Below, piece after piece: positions 63,019-64,000 of a stretch of 64,000 bases of DNA (the stretch's first letter is position 1; the number at the start of each line of letters is the position of its first letter). The notes under the pieces were generated by a model. The model ran no database searches and was not told where the DNA came from. It saw only the letters and a program-made list of their open reading frames with translations. The translations under genes were made by a program, and so were the position numbers. The stretch lies in IMG/VR virus record IMGVR_UViG_3300021256_000096; one strand, 5' to 3'. Source of the stretch: an uncultured virus (IMG/VR IMGVR_UViG_3300021256_000096). Lineage: Duplodnaviria; Heunggongvirae; Uroviricota; Caudoviricetes.

Positions 63019-63789
63019 ATGACAAACGAAGATTTGCAAATATACTTCAGTGAGCACTGTACAGTGACAGACAACGTCATCAGACTCGGCTCTGCACAAT
63101 TGTCCCGTGAAGATTATCTCCAGGTGAAGAAATTATTAGAGTCTCGCGGTGGCAAGTGGAAAGGCGGTAAGACATCTGGTTTCATCTTCGATTCAGACGC
63201 TACTCCAGTTTATACGTCCATCTGTGACGGTGACTTGGAGAACAAGAAGAATGTCTATCAGTTCTTCCCTACTCCGGACAATATAGCAGACCTGATGGTC
63301 GAGAGACTCGATGTCGATAAATTCATTGATGTGTGGGGAATGGACGGACCCGTCGTCCTGGAACCATCAGCAGGTCGTGGTTCACTCATCAAAGCGTTCC
63401 ACCGTAAATATCCCTTTATCCCTATAGAAGCCTGGGAAATCAACCCAGACTGCTGGTACGCCCTTGAACAATTGGAAGATGTAGTGCTTGTGAAAGATGA
63501 CTTCTTGAACTACGATAGTAAGTACGGATTCGACTACATCATCGCCAATCCCCCTTTCGCAAAGAACGCAGACATCATCCATTTCCGGAAGATGTACTCA
63601 GTGCTCAAACCCAAAGGGCATATGTGCTGCATCATCTCATCGCACGCCCTTGAATCAAAGGGACGTACAGAATCCGAATTCAAGGAGTGGCTGTATTCTC
63701 TACATCCGATGGTAGAAGAACTCCTCGCAGGCACATTCAAGGACGCCGGAACTGACGTGCGTACATATATGATTTCTCTCATCAAGTAA
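63019..63789 (+). CDS. N6-adenine DNA methyltransferase (solitary)
   Basis: QFFPTP, VLEPSAGRG, DDFL, IIANPPF. Confidence 0.85.
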   Translation: MTNEDLQIYFSEHCTVTDNVIRLGSAQLSREDYLQVKKLLESRGGKWKGGKTSGFIFDSDATPVYTSICDGDLENKKNVYQFFPTPDNIADLMVERLDVDKFIDVWGMDGPVVLEPSAGRGSLIKAFHRKYPFIPIEAWEINPDCWYALEQLEDVVLVKDDFLNYDSKYGFDYIIANPPFAKNADIIHFRKMYSVLKPKGHMCCIISSHALESKGRTESEFKEWLYSLHPMVEELLAGTFKDAGTDVRTYMISLIK

Positions 63790-63936
63790 TCTCTATTGTT
63801 TCCATATTTTGAGGGGACGTTCGGACATCCACGATTCGTGGGTTCTGACGTCCCTATTTTGGTTTCATAGCGAACCCATCAGAAATAAAAAATAAACTTT
63901 TTCTTGCCGTTTGCGTATAATCTTTGAAAAACAGTA

Positions 63937-63944
63937 GATAAATA
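63937..63944 (+). promoter_or_regulatory. late promoter GATAAATA before a gene starting at 63980 (runs off the window)
   Basis: gataaata..atggaaattaatcag. Confidence 0.55.
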
Positions 63945-64000
63945 AAAAAGAAAAATAAATCAAGAGAAGAATACTTAATATGGAAATTAATCAGAATTTA

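Noticed and set aside
404..63785. Numerous antisense shadow ORFs in the track (e.g. 404..808, 3381..3794, 6926..7468, 44001..44498, 58954..59613)
   Set aside because: They overlap better-supported genes on the opposite strand and have unnatural amino-acid composition.
1..64000. Assignment to Lak megaphage
   Set aside because: Code 15 and a Prevotella-like host fit, but this window looks clearly more GC-rich than the very AT-rich Lak genomes and contains no marker gene to place it.
1..64000. tRNA (including a CUA suppressor), tmRNA, reverse transcriptase/DGR or retron
   Set aside because: No cloverleaf with T-loop and acceptor stem, and no RT motif recognised by eye; tRNAscan-SE/ARAGORN would be needed to exclude them fully.

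Overview
This 64-kb window comes from a very large (jumbo/mega) phage that infects Bacteroidota, probably Prevotella-like hosts. The evidence is TTG...TAnnTT(T/C)G host-type early promoters, T4-like (G/A)ATAAATA late promoters, dense small orphan genes, and Prevotella-like M23-LysM, rfbC and dut genes. The phage reads TAG as Gln (code 15): about 16 genes are split or truncated in the supplied ORF track and become whole when TAG is read through, and one TAG aligns with a CAA (Gln) codon in a tandem paralog. Coordinates below are corrected for this. Recognisable genes: an 896-aa Type IIG-like restriction-modification fusion, a degenerate NUMOD4-HNH protein, RNase HI, a SatD/DUF3307 pair, a BRCT protein, a protein ending in an RNAP alpha-CTD-like domain, an M23-LysM peptidase, a solo TnpB, radical SAM, Fic, RfbC, dUTPase, PspC, an AAA_28-like kinase, HD, ParB/DGQHR and two more methyltransferases. 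Most interesting signals: (1) a conserved N-terminal 'LYESIMxxVxxIVK..(L/I)xE' leader behind late promoters, fused to unrelated cargo including the R-M enzyme, a candidate capsid-loading tag; (2) an about 550-nt highly structured ncRNA; (3) strong over-representation of GACGTC and a dispersed GATTCGTAACGAATC-type palindrome; (4) about 19-bp-periodic ATATTTAAATAT arrays, a 71-nt alternating purine/pyrimidine tract and a GC-skew switch. I saw no tRNA, rRNA, CRISPR array or recognisable structural gene. All calls were made by eye, without database searches.
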